From Eledone cirrhosa (taxonomy: Eukaryota): DNA of 64,000 nt. This document shows, one piece after another, positions 1 through 11,952 of the stretch. How positions within the stretch are numbered: the stretch's first letter is position 1; each line of letters opens with the position of its first letter. The DNA is taken from NCBI GenBank assembly GCA_964016885.1, contig OZ024745.1:62682001-62746000 (forward strand). Direction: 5' to 3'. A program made the translations under genes and the position numbers. The notes under the pieces were generated by a model. The model was not told where the DNA came from. It saw only the letters and a list, made by a program, of their open reading frames with translations, and made no database searches.

Positions 1-612
1 TATGTGTATTTACATGTAGGTATCTGTGCGCGCTTGTTATAAATGTATTTATTTATATACGTTTATTTAATTATATGTATGCACGCGCACACACACACAC
101 ATATATATTTATATTTTTTTTTTCATATATATTTTTATGTGTATTTGGTGTATACATTCGTATGCCTGTGGGTACAGGCGTTGCGTGGGTTCTGTATGTG
201 CGTGTGGTTTTTTTTTTGCTTTTTTTAGTGTACGTGCGTGTATTTGTATATCTTGGCGAGTATTTCCGCGTATGCTTGTGTATGTACGTATATGGATGCG
301 TGTATGTATTTATTTAATTTCAATTACCTCTGTATTTTATTTACTTTATTCTTAACTCTGAAGCCGAGAACCATTCGATTTCCTAGTTAGAATTTTACTC
401 TACGACTTCAGTTATACCATTTACGTGGTTTTGTCTTTGCGTGCAATTATTCTCCCCGCTCCACATATGACGTATTATCTTCGTTCTTTGTTCGTTCATT
501 GCCAGAGAACGTCTCTATGAACCACCTAATAGAATATTAGTGTACGACATCTTTTATACCATAATCGTGGTTTTGTCTTTGCGTGTAATTGTTTTTTATC
601 GCTCCAAATAAT

Positions 613-698
613 TGTTTCTACTTTAGGCACAAGGCCAGCAATTACCCAGTGCATTACTGGTACTTTATTTTATCGACCCCGTAAGGATGAAAGGCAAA
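613..698 (-). mobile_element. tRNA-derived SINE, 5'-truncated copy with 8-bp TSD
   Basis: Reverse complement matches the 3' half of the SINEs at 13369, 15080 and 63724 (tttgcctttcatccttacggggtcgataaaataaagtaccag...ggccttgtgcc..agtagaaacaattatt). Direct repeat caaataat at 605-612 and 699-706. Confidence 0.85.
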
Positions 699-891
699 CA
701 AATAATGACGTATTATATTCGTTTTTTCCCGTTCTTTGCCAGGGTACGTTTCCACGAACCAAAGTATCGTCTTCCTATCTTCCTCCGGTTGCAACGATTT
801 TTGAAATATAGACTTTGAAATATTCACGTCCAGTAGGTATATTGGTGTTGTACTAGGCTGAGTGTAATAATAATAAACTAATAATAATAAT

Positions 892-944
892 CAAGGGCGT
901 TGCCCCAGCATGGCCTCACCCAGATGGCTGGAAAAGGTAAAAGA

Positions 945-946
<2 letters not shown>
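892..946 (+). mobile_element. Short 3'-end fragment of a second SINE-like repeat in a (TAA)n tract
   Basis: GC-rich ~55-bp island (gggcgttgccccagcatggcc...aaggtaaaagag) flanked on both sides by TAA repeats. Family identity is not established from this window alone. Confidence 0.45.

Positions 947-1002
<56 letters not shown>
947..1002 (+). repeat. (TAA)n microsatellite
   Basis: Pure TAA run. Confidence 0.95.
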
Positions 1003-1361
1003 GGGAAGAAAACGCACATGGTGGATATATAGTTATGGAAACGCTCCCGTAAGTTTTTGATTTTTACTTATTTAAAACAACTGTGATAGAATAATTCTTA
1101 TTACAAATGAAGTATAATATTACAGTTTAACGCTCAGCAAGCCACAACGCATCACATTACGGTATAGGGCCCCAATATTTAATATTTAATTTTGGATCAG
1201 AAATGTTATAGCCGAAAAATAGAAAAATGGCAAAAATGGCTAAGTGGACAGGCAGGAAAATAATTTCATCACCACTACCAAGCCAAAAGCTCTAGTCAAG
1301 GTACCTCAACTTCTATTTCTACTTCAACTTCAACACCATCACTACAGTACTACGATCACAT

Positions 1362-1507
1362 CACCACCACCACTGCCTCATTATCGCTACCGCCGCTATT
1401 CTCTCCCACTACCTCCTGCTAATTACTACTAGCAAAGCACCACCTCCACCACCACCACTGCCTCATTATCGCTACCGCCGGTAATCTCTCTCACTACCTC
1501 CTGCTAA
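1362..1507. repeat. Direct duplication of ~61 bp (period 85)
   Basis: caccaccaccactgcctcattatcgctaccgccg...ctacctcctgctaa at 1362-1422 and 1447-1507. Confidence 0.85.
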
Positions 1508-1612
1508 GACAGGCATCGTAGTATCCCTACTAAAAAAGGAAGGCATCAAAAGATATAAATAGACTGATTTGATGACCCGGTCAAAAAATCAAAAAACCAA
1601 AAATAAAAATAA

Positions 1613-4600
1613 AAACAGCACAGCAGCAACGAAAAACGTAAAGAAAAGAAAAAAGAAAAGAAAAACAAATAGACTGAGAAGAAAAAAAAAAACTAAGTCA
1701 GACATTCAAACATTACATTACAATGAAACTTATGCTTATTCTTTTTTTTTTTTTTACCTATTTGTTTGTTTGTTTATTTATGTTCGTCTACGGCGTGATA
1801 GTGCCACACTAAAATCACCGGGGGTGATGAAATCAGCGGTGGTTATGTAACCATACATTCACCAATCCTCGATAAGAATGTTTAAATGTCGAACCTAAAC
1901 AGTTCAGATAACGGTGAAGTGGAGACTGGAATGTCATGTGACAGATTCACACCCAGCAGATGCTCCCTGGCTCAGCAGCAGGGACCTGGCTGTCAACCAA
2001 ATACTGCTGGTATCTGAGGAAGAAGAAGAAGGAAAGGGACCAGAACCAACTGGACGAAAGAATTGATGTTACCTGAAGAGTAACCCCAAGGATAAAGGCT
2101 ATAGGAAACGGATGCTTAACATCTGGAACGAGATTGCTCTATTTAAATTAGATGAACAAAAATTGGCCGGGCAGGCTCGGGTAATAAGAACTAATGGGTG
2201 GATAAGCGAGCTGGAACTGGAGGAACTGAGCAGAAAGATTAGGCTGGAAGTGGAGAGTGGAGTATGCCAGGCAAAAAAGCCAGTGGGGAATGAAGGTGAA
2301 GAGGTTGAGAGAACAGAGGAACCATCCGAAGCAGACAATAATCTGAATGCTGAAATAAATAATACCTGGAACAAAGATACGGCCATTGAGGAGTTGAATG
2401 CTGACGGGCTAGGACAAGATTTGGTTGATATCCTAAACTTATTGGTAGATGAATTGAACAATGATAGTTGGAAACCTACGAACCTAAAATTTGTAGACAG
2501 GAACAAGTTAAAAGAAACAACAGCTAAGGTAAACAAAGTCATCCCATACCTTGAGGCGAGGAACCTTCACCAATTCAACAATATCCTCAAAGCAACCGCA
2601 AATGCGGTGAGGAAATTACTTGGCATGAAAACGAGATAAAACAACAAACAAGAAAGATCAGAACCTTGGTGGAAGAAACGACTGAATGGTCAAATCAAGG
2701 AAATGAGAAATTACATTGGAAAGCTTGAGTCCTTACTGAATGGGACATTACAAAACATAGACACTAAAGATAGATGGGAAATAAAATACAAAACTAGGGG
2801 GGGGGGGCTAAATATTATCATAGAGGAACTGAAGAAATGCATTGTAGTAAAAAGTGCAAAGATTAGGTATGATAACAGAGTCAGTCAGTATAGACGGAAC
2901 CGCATGTTTGACAACAACCAGAAGATGTTGTTTGGACAGCTTGAAGGGAAAGAAAGAGGCAAAGACTTGATCCCCGAGGCGGGACAGACTAAGACATTCT
3001 GGAGAGGAATATGGGAGCAGGATGTTGAACATAATAGTCAGGCAGTGTGGATTGAGACAGTTCAAAAGGAAATTATCAAACAGGCACACGAACAACCTGA
3101 TTTGAATATCACAGTTGAAACTCTTAAGGGAGGGGCAGGCCAAAAATCTAACCAACTGGAAATCACCAGGCCCAGATGGTATGCAGGTGTATTGGATTAA
3201 AAACATAACATCTCTCCACCCGAAACTGACAACCCTGTTCAATGATTGCTTGATGTCGGGTGAGGTACCAGAGTGGTTGACTAAAGGTACCACAGTTCTG
3301 GTAATGAAGACCGAATCAAGGGTATTTATTTTACCAACTATAGGCCCATCACATATCTGTCCGTAATGTGGAAACTGTTAATAAGTATTGTGTCTGAGGA
3401 ATCTACCATCACCTCCACCTAAACAACTTGCTACCGGACGATCAGAAAGGATGCCGAAAGAAGTCCCGTGGTACAAAAGACCAGTTACTTATTGGAAAGA
3501 TGGTAATGAGGAATTGCAAGAGGAGACACACTGGTCTTGCCATGGGATAGATAGATTACAAAAAAGCATTCGACATGGTACTTCATTCTTGGATAACCAA
3601 AAGCCTAGAGATCTTCAAGGTGGCATATAACATTGTTGAGCAAAAGTATGAAGTTCTGGGAAACAGAATTAACATCAGGTAGAAAATCCTTGGGAGGCGT
3701 GAAGATCAAGAGAGGTATCTTCCAGGAGATAGTTTGTCCCCCTCTGCTGTTTGTCCTTGCCTTGATACCCCTGACCGTTATATTGCGAATGGCGAAAGTA
3801 GGATACACGTTGGGAAAAGGAGAGCTTACCATCAACCACCTCCTCTTCATGGACGATCTTAAACTCTTTGGGAATAGTTAGAAGGACCTGGATGTACTTG
3901 TTGACACTGTCCGTATTTTCAGCAATGCTATATGTATGCAATTTGGTATTAGTAAGTGTGGAGTGCTAGTGATGAAGAGGGGTAAATTGAGCAGAAGCAA
4001 CGGAATCCAGGTATCAACAGGTGAGATGATAAAGGAAATTGACACTGAGGAGGGATACAAATATTTAGGTGATCTGGAGGCAGATGACATCAAGAACAAA
4101 AAAATGAAGGAATTCATAAATCTGAGTACATAAGGAAAGTAAGGAGCGTATTAAAATCACAACTAAATAATAGGAATGTCATAAGTGTAGTTAATTCCCG
4201 AGCTGTGTCTATCATTGATGGATTGGCAGTATCGGTAGAGGGTCAGACACCATCATTTCCAGCATAGTTACGTCCCATATTTACAAGGAGGCTAGCTCAC
4301 TGTGTAGGATCTGTGGAGAGAGAGAGAGAGGAGACTGTGGCTCACATTGTATCCGAGTGTAAACACCTAGCCCAGACTCACTATAAAGGCCGGATACATT
4401 ATGTGATAGGCAGAGTGATCCACTGGCATCTATGCAAAGTAAACAATTTACCACATTCTGAGAAGTGGTATGAGCATAAGCCAGAGTCCGTGATAGAAAA
4501 CGATCAGGTGAAGGTGCTATGGGATTTTAGGATACAGACAGACAAGAAATTAGAACACAATAGGCCTGACCTGGTGGTTTTGGACAAGGAAAAAAGATCG

Positions 4601-4955
4601 TGCCTGATTATAGATGTAGCCTGTCCATTTGACACGAGAGTGTAAGAAAAGGAGAGGGAGAAAATTAATCGATACCAGGACTTAAAGTGGAAGTTCAAAA
4701 GGATTTGGAACTGCCATGAAGTCAACGTCGTCCCGATTGTCATAGGCGCACTAAGTACTATCTCAAGGAGTTTCCAAAGATGGTTAAAGAAAATGAGTCC
4801 AGCCCCGCTTTTTGGAACACTTCAAAAGGCATGCTTGCTGGGAACGGCAAGAACCCTCCGATACGTCCCGAATATCTGAGGCTGCAGGTAACGGCTTGAT
4901 ATTAATTTCAACAAACTTTCCAGTTAAATAACATCAATGACTGAGACTCAAAGAA
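1613..4955 (+). mobile_element. R4/Dong-clade non-LTR retrotransposon, family A copy 1 (near full length, decayed)
   Basis: Broken ORF from ATG 1886 to TGA 4879: N-terminal YRKRMLNIWNE, RT motifs NWKSPGPDG, GIFQ and HLLFMDDLKLF, zinc knuckle ETVAHIVSEC, and RLE endonuclease RPDLVV..IIDVACP. Followed by a (TAA)n tail. The 5' boundary is approximate. Confidence 0.9.
4217..4276 (+). mobile_element. SINE 5' head fragment inside Dong copy 1
   Basis: ggattggcagtatcggtagagggtcagacaccat..ccagcatagttacgtccc matches the head of the SINEs at 13369 and 63724. Confidence 0.85.
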
Positions 4956-4956
4956 C

Positions 4957-5000
<44 letters not shown>

Positions 5001-5420
5001 GACGGACAAAAAACTGGAACACAATAGACCTGACCTGGTGGTTGTGGACAAAGAAAAAAGATCGTGCCTGATTGTGGATGTGGCCTGCCCGTTCGACACG
5101 AGAGTGCAAGAGAAGGAGAGGGAGAAAATTAACCGATACCAGGACCTAAAGTGGGAGGTGAAAAGGATTTGGAACTGCCATGAAGTCAAAGTGATCCCGA
5201 TTGTCATAGGCGTACTGGGGACTATCTCCAAAAGTTTCCAGGGATGGTTAAAGAAAATCGGCCCCTTCACGCTTTTTGGAACGCTTCAAAAGGCATGCTT
5301 GCTTGGAACAGCAAGAACCCTCCGATACGTCCTGAATATCTGAGGCTGCAGGTAGTGGCTTGATATTCAATCCAACGGACTTTCCAGTTAACCAACATCA
5401 ATGACTGAGATTCAAGGAAT
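5001..5420 (+). mobile_element. Dong family A copy 2, 5'-truncated (RLE domain plus 3' UTR)
   Basis: ORF 5038-5343 (IVDVACPFDTRVQEKEREKINRY...RTLRYVLNI); (TAA)n on both sides. Confidence 0.92.
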
Positions 5421-5429
5421 AACAATAAC

Positions 5430-5495
<66 letters not shown>

Positions 5496-5496
<1 letters not shown>

Positions 5497-7599
5497 CTTG
5501 GTGTCGGGTGAGGTGCCAGAGTGGTTGACAAAAGGTACCACAGTTCTGATAATGAAAGACCGAATCAAGGGTAATTATGTTACCAACTATAGACCTATCA
5601 CATGTCTGTCCGTAATGTGGAAACTGTTGACGAGCATTGTGTCTGAGGAAATCTACCATCACCTCCACACAAACAACTTGTTACCGGACGAACGGAAAGG
5701 ATGCCGAAAGAAGTCAAGTGGTACAAAGGACCAGTTACTTATTGATAAGATGGTAATGGGGAATTGCAGGAGGAGACACACTGATCTTGCATGGGATGGA
5801 TAGACTACGGAAAGGCATTTGACATGGTGCCTCATTCTTGGATCACCAAAAGCCTGGAGATCTTCAAGGTGGCAGATAACATCAGACAGTTGCTGGGCAG
5901 GAGTATGGGGTCCTGGGAGACAGAGTTTACATCAACTGGAGAATCCTTGGGAAGCGTGAAGATCAAGAGAGGTATCTTCCAGGGAGATAGCCTGTCCCCT
6001 CTGTTGTTTGTCCTTGCCCTAATGCCCTTGACCATTATGCTGCGAAAACTGAGAGCAGGATACAAGTTGGGAAAGGGAGAGCTTACCATCAATCACCTCC
6101 TCTTCATGGACGATCTTAAGCTCTTCGGGAAGAGTGAGAAGGAGTTGGATGTGCTTGTTGACACTGTCCGTATTTTCAGCAATGATATATGTATGCAGTT
6201 TGGTATTAGTAAGTGTGGAGGCGTAGGTTGATCAGAAGTAACGGAATCCAGATACCAACAGGTGAGATGATAAAGGAAATTGACTCTGAGGAAGGATACA
6301 AGTATTTGGGCGTTCTGGAGGGTGATGGCATAAAGAACAAAAAAATTAAGGAATTGTTAAGAACTGAATACATTCGGAGAGTAAGGAGCGTATTGAAGTC
6401 ACATCTGAACTGCAGAAATGCCATAAGCGCAGTAAATTCCCGAGCTGTGTCTATTATTAGGTACAGTGCGGGAATTCTGAGATGGAATGTTGCTGAACAA
6501 AAAGAAATGGATAGGAAGACTAGGAAGCTATTGACTATCTACAACATGTTCCACAAGAGGAGTGATGTCGATAGACTCTACCTAAGGAGATCTGAGGGTG
6601 GAAGAGGTCTTATCAGCATAGAGGACTGTGTTCAGATGGAGAAAAACAACCTATACAAATACGTGACTGATAGTAAGGAGCCAATGCTCAGAACTGTACT
6701 GAAGGAGGGGACAGTAGGCCTAGGGATGTCCAAGGAGGAAATAACATCAAGGAGAAAGAGCAGCTATCAGGGAAAATCCCTTCATAGTACCTTCTTTGAG
6801 AAAATTGAATTTAGAGATCCACAGACATGGAACTGGTTGAGAAGAGGAGACCTCAAAAAGGCTACAGAAGGAATGTTAATGGCTGCGCAGGAGCAGGCCC
6901 TAAAAACGAAGTGGTTGAAACACCATATTTACAAGGAGGAGGCTAGTCCACTGTGAAGGATCTGTGGAGAGAGAGAGGAGACTGTGGCTCACATTGTATC
7001 CGAGTGTAAACACCTAGCCCAGACCCACTATAAGGGCTGGAGAAATGATGTGATGGGCAGGGTGATCCACTGGCACCTGTGCAAAGTAAACAGTTTACCA
7101 CATTCTGAGAAATGGTATGAGCATAGGCCAGAGGCGGTGATGGAGAACGATCAGGTGAAGGTGCTGTAGGATTTTAGGATACAGACGGACAAGAAACTGG
7201 AACACAATAGACCTGACCTGGTGGTTGTGGACAAAGAAAAAAGAGCGTGTCTGATTGTGGATGTGGCCTGCCCATTCGACACGAGAGTGCAAGAGAAGGA
7301 GAGGGAGAAAATTAACCGATACCAGGACTTAAAGTGGGAGGTAAAAAGGATTTGGAACTGCCATGAAGTCAAAGTGATCCCGATTGTCATAGGCGCACTG
7401 GGGACTATCTCCAAAAGTTTCCAGGGAGGGTTAAAGAAAATCGGCCCCTTCACGCTTTTTGGAACGCTTCAAAAGGCATGCTTGCTGGGAACAGCAAGAA
7501 CCTTCCGATACGTCCTGAATATCTGAGGCTGCAGGTAGTGGCTTGATATTCATTCCAACGGACTTACCAGTTAACCAACATCAATGACTGAGATTCAAG

Positions 7600-7600
<1 letters not shown>
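5496..7600 (+). mobile_element. Dong family A copy 3, 5'-truncated (RT, CCHC, RLE)
   Basis: NYRPITCL, KAFDMVPH, GIFQGDSLSP, LFMDDLK, YKYLG, HIVSEC, IVDVACP; frameshifts and stops; (TAA)n tail at 7601-7696. Confidence 0.92.
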
Positions 7601-7696
<96 letters not shown>

Positions 7697-7697
<1 letters not shown>

Positions 7698-7825
7698 TTT
7701 TCTTTATTAACCACCAGGGTTCACATAAAGTAGACATTAAGGACAGTACAGGACAATACAGGACGGTACAAATGGGCATTCCTGCGTGTAAAAAAACAGA
7801 GGTTGAAATAAAATAACAAAGAAAA
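7697..7825 (-). mobile_element. Tx1-like LINE 3'-UTR fragment (severely 5'-truncated)
   Basis: Closely similar to 28724-28830 (acataaagtagacatta.ggacagtacaggacaatacagg.cggtacaaatggg); (TAA)n on both sides. Confidence 0.88.
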
Positions 7826-9193
7826 ATAATAATAATAATAATAATAATAAATTTTCATTATATTTATTGATGTTGTAACGCGTGTTTCGCGATTGATCAG
7901 CTCAAGTTTAGATCTGTATCAGTTGGACCCGGCTTAGGAATCAAAATCTCATCGCACTCCTGTTATTGGGACTTTAGAATGATTCCCGTACAGCTCTGTT
8001 TCTCAAAGTTATAAGGGAATTCAATGAAAATACAAGAAGTCCGGATTCCAATATATACCTTTAATGGTCCTCAATTACATAATACTTATTTCTGCAGCAA
8101 GCTTACTTATTTCAGACCATGGCGCAAATGTAATGAACACAATAGATTTAAAAGATTTAATTCAGTAATCCCTACATAACAAAAAAATAAAATGCAAAAA
8201 TTGATAGGGCATTGGCCCGGTCAGAGATACCATCACTACCACGGACGGCCTCAATACCAAAGTAGAGTTTACATGTTCCATTACGGCTAAATCGTTAGTC
8301 TTCTTAATGTGTGTGTGTGCGAGTGTGTTTGTGATTTTGTGTGTGTGCGTTTTTTATGCGATTGTATGTGTATATGTGTTTTTGTATTCGTGCACCATGC
8401 AGGTGTTGATCCCTTCTGATATTGAGATTAAATCGAAGTTCCATACGATACCTTATTACTTAATTTGCTCCAATTAAGATGATTCCAGACCCAAATCTCA
8501 TTATTAGCATTATTTACCTCCTAATTTTGACGATTTCTTTTGTTTTTGTCAGTGCTTTTGTTATCTTAATGTTATTGTTATTGAGAGATTTTTGTTAACT
8601 TCTTATTTTTATAATTAATTCTGTTGATATGGAAGAAATAAAGAAATGATTAATGCACATAATTTAATATTCAATTGAAGTAAGATAAACCACAGACGTT
8701 CTAGTATATTAACTTTGTTCAGCATATTCAATTTCGAACGGGAGCATGAATTATACGTATGTGAATATATGATAAATTACATATAAATATCAGTGTGTGT
8801 GTGTGTATGTAAATGTTACTGTGCTTTCTGCGTGTGCGTCTGTCTAAGTAAGTGTGCGGGTGAGTGTGTGTACCTCTGCAACTGTGTGGGAGGAGGGGGT
8901 GCATACGAATTTGTGCAACTGTGACATGAACTAGATTAAAGCAAATAATATTAAATATGGTAACACTTTAAAGTTGAAAAAATATTAACTATCATAAAAA
9001 AACGATGGTGTGAGACAAAACAAAGGAGAGAGACAAAATAAGAGCAAAAGTAGTTACTGAGCAGGTCACCGAATGTGTGACGAAGAAGCTTTGATGACAA
9101 GCAACATCTAAATAAACATCCGATTGTGAAATTATAACAATAAATTAAAGTGAACCCAATAGGTAATTTTATCTTCCCTTCATGACCCTCACA

Positions 9194-9223
<30 letters not shown>

Positions 9224-9224
<1 letters not shown>

Positions 9225-11290
9225 GCGGCGATGAATTAGTTTTGCGAGGGTTTTTATATGAAATCGTGTGTCGAAACTTACGACACTGACTACCTAGACA
9301 GCAATGACCTTAGATGTTTCTGCCCTAGTAGACCTATAAGAGGTAGACCCCCCACCATAACCTCAATGGCAAAAAAGACTCCCATGGGAAGGTGGATTGG
9401 GTGGACCAAAGCTATACGGACCCCCCAAAACACTGATCAGGTAAGAAAAATGGTCGCACATGCAATAAGGGCTAGTATCAAAACTACCCTAAAGGGCCAC
9501 ATATTTAAGTTCAATGAGAAAATCTACACCCAAAATGAGGGAGCAGCCATCGGCGTCAGCATAGCTGGTGATGTTGCCAACCTTTTCATGGTATGGTGGG
9601 AAAGGAGACTTAAAGATCTCCTTAATGAAAGCTCCATAGACCTCATCATGTACTCTCGTTATGTAGACGATATCAATATAGTTATAAGAACACCCCCACT
9701 AGAGAGCACTAACAAGTTTCATTTAGAACGTAGCACGATGGAAAGCATCCAGCAGATATCTAATTCCATACACCAGAGTATAACTGTAACTATCGACTTC
9801 CCTTCCAAACACCCTAACAATAGACTACCTGTATTAGACACATAACTCTGGATTAACACTAAGACGAGAGAGCCCAAATTCTCCACTCACACTATGCTAA
9901 ACCCATGGCCTCCAAATACCTGATACTCAAAAACTCAGCAATGTCCAGTAGTGCTAAGTTTAATATTCTGATCGCAGATTTGGTACGCGTGATGAAGAAT
10001 GTGTCCCGCATGTGCGACCCAACAGAAATGGAAAAACACATCCAACACTTCATCAACCGCATGCAGTTCTCTGGCTACAACCAAAGAGACAGAGTCAGAG
10101 TATACGAAGGAGCCATGGAAAAGTATAAGACCCTCATAGAACTGGACATGAAAGGAATTTGCCCATTATACAGGAGCAAATCATGGAATAGCTTAGATAG
10201 GGCTAGATATAAGATAGGGAAAGCCACCTCATGGTACAAAAACCAGAGATACCAAAGTGTCATGTTTGTGGACGCCACCCCTGGAGGGAAATTAGCTAAC
10301 CAGTGTAGAAAGGCCCTGAGAAAGACCCACTTAAAAATAAAGGTGGTAGAAAAGCCAGGAACCACCATAAAATCCCTGATCAGCAAAACCTACCCTTTTA
10401 AGAAAACCCACTGTACCAATAGGAAATGTATCATATGTAAGGTGAACCCCCGGATAAACTGTAAAACTAGAAACGTAGTCTATAGCATACGATGTACAGA
10501 GGGTACTTGCAGAAACATGACAACAACATACATAGGTGAGACAGCTCGTAGCATAGGTGAAAGGATAGAGCAACCCTTGGGGGAACTAAAAGGACGAAAA
10601 AACGGGCAGTACTATACGAACATGCTAGACAACAACATGACGGTAACATAGACAACATAGAAATTAGAATAATATCTAAACATAGAAATGACCCAGAAGA
10701 TAGGCAAATCAGAGAGGCCAGTGAAATAGAAATTAGAAGACCAAAGCTAAACAGAAAGAATGAATGGAATAACAACAACACCCAACAAACAACACTGACC
10801 TAAGAGAAGTATAAATAAGTAAATAAAATAAGATAAATAAATAAATAAATAAATACATACACAAGCACAATAACAACAAGCACATAAACACACACTAGTC
10901 ACCCATCACACAACAAACATAACACTATACACACACACAAACGCATGCGCAAAGAAAACAAAATAAAATAAACAAACATGCAAATAAATAAATAAATATA
11001 TAGACAGACTGAATGAAAATGGCGTAGACATACAACACAACAAGAGGAAAATATAACACCACTGACGATGTTGCAGATGTGCAACGAAAGATTTATGATA
11101 AACTATATATATGTGTTTGTGTCTATATTGTATCTGTATTATTTTTTGACCGTCGGTCAGTCAATGGCAACATTGAGGACCGAGTAAGTTAGATTACCGA
11201 TATAAAAGAAAGCGAGAAGCGAGAACCAACCAAACAGTGAGTGTGTTCTGTTATTAATTCTGGCAATATTACACAAATATGACCCTCCCC
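9224..11290 (+). mobile_element. Penelope-like element (RT plus GIY-YIG), 5'-truncated, in (TA)n
   Basis: RT motifs QNEGAAIG, SRYVDD and LPVLD; Cys-rich linker CTNRKCIIC; GIY-YIG NVVYSIRC...YIGETARSIGERI, continuing after a frameshift as RQIREA..I...RPKLN. Hammerhead motif in the 3' UTR; (TA)n flanks. Confidence 0.88.
11058..11099 (+). ncRNA. Minimal type I hammerhead ribozyme motif (slightly degenerate) in PLE 3' UTR
   Basis: CTGACGA (11062-68), T, stem II GTTGCA-gatg-TGCAAC, GAAA, GATT, TA, then TGAT pairing 3 of 4 with upstream ACCA. Confidence 0.7.
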
Positions 11291-11296
11291 AAGTAT

Positions 11297-11379
<83 letters not shown>

Positions 11380-11881
11380 ACATGGTATGCAATGATTTAA
11401 AGGGATGAGTGTGTAAATAGTTCGATGAGTGTGTAAATAGTTCGTAAAATTGTTGGTAGGTCGGATGCGGAAATATCTGCAGCTATGATGCGCATAGCAA
11501 AAACTCGCGTTAAACAAAAATCTCTTACTGAATGGAAGAGTAGTGAAAGAGAAACAGGGAGACAAAAAAAAATGTATAAGTTAGGAGTGAGAATGAGGGG
11601 AATAAAGCGTAAAGCATATGAGTGAGCGAGAAGAACATTGGGAAAGAAAGTGATAGAGCATATAATGTTGACATAGGGAACGCAGTCTCACTTCTCCGTG
11701 TCAGCGTTATACGCTCTATCACTGTCTTTTCATCTTCTATCGCTCTCTCTGTTTATATATATATATATCTTCTTCTCTGGCCGCTCTTCTGTTTAGTCAG
11801 AGGTTTACCTTACCCCGACTCTTTGCCATAATCATCTTAGAAACTGGCTTTTAACAGCTATTTTCACATTTGAGCCCACTT

Positions 11882-11920
<39 letters not shown>

Positions 11921-11952
11921 AAAGAATAGAGGTGTAACACACGAGTTGTGCT

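Noticed and set aside
1760-1885. HDV-like ribozyme in the Dong leader (tcctcg resembles an L3 loop)
   Set aside because: Could not build P1, P2 and P3 pairings around it in either copy.
2099-7453. Antisense ORFs overlapping Dong copies (also at 23-40 kb) and plus-strand ORFs over Tx1 copies
   Set aside because: Shadow frames of the real LINE ORFs; no recognisable domains.
11477-11512. Hammerhead-like ctgca-gctatg-atgcg-catagc-aaaaac-tcgc-gtt
   Set aside because: Good hairpin, but both catalytic boxes are broken and there is no stem I; too degenerate to call.
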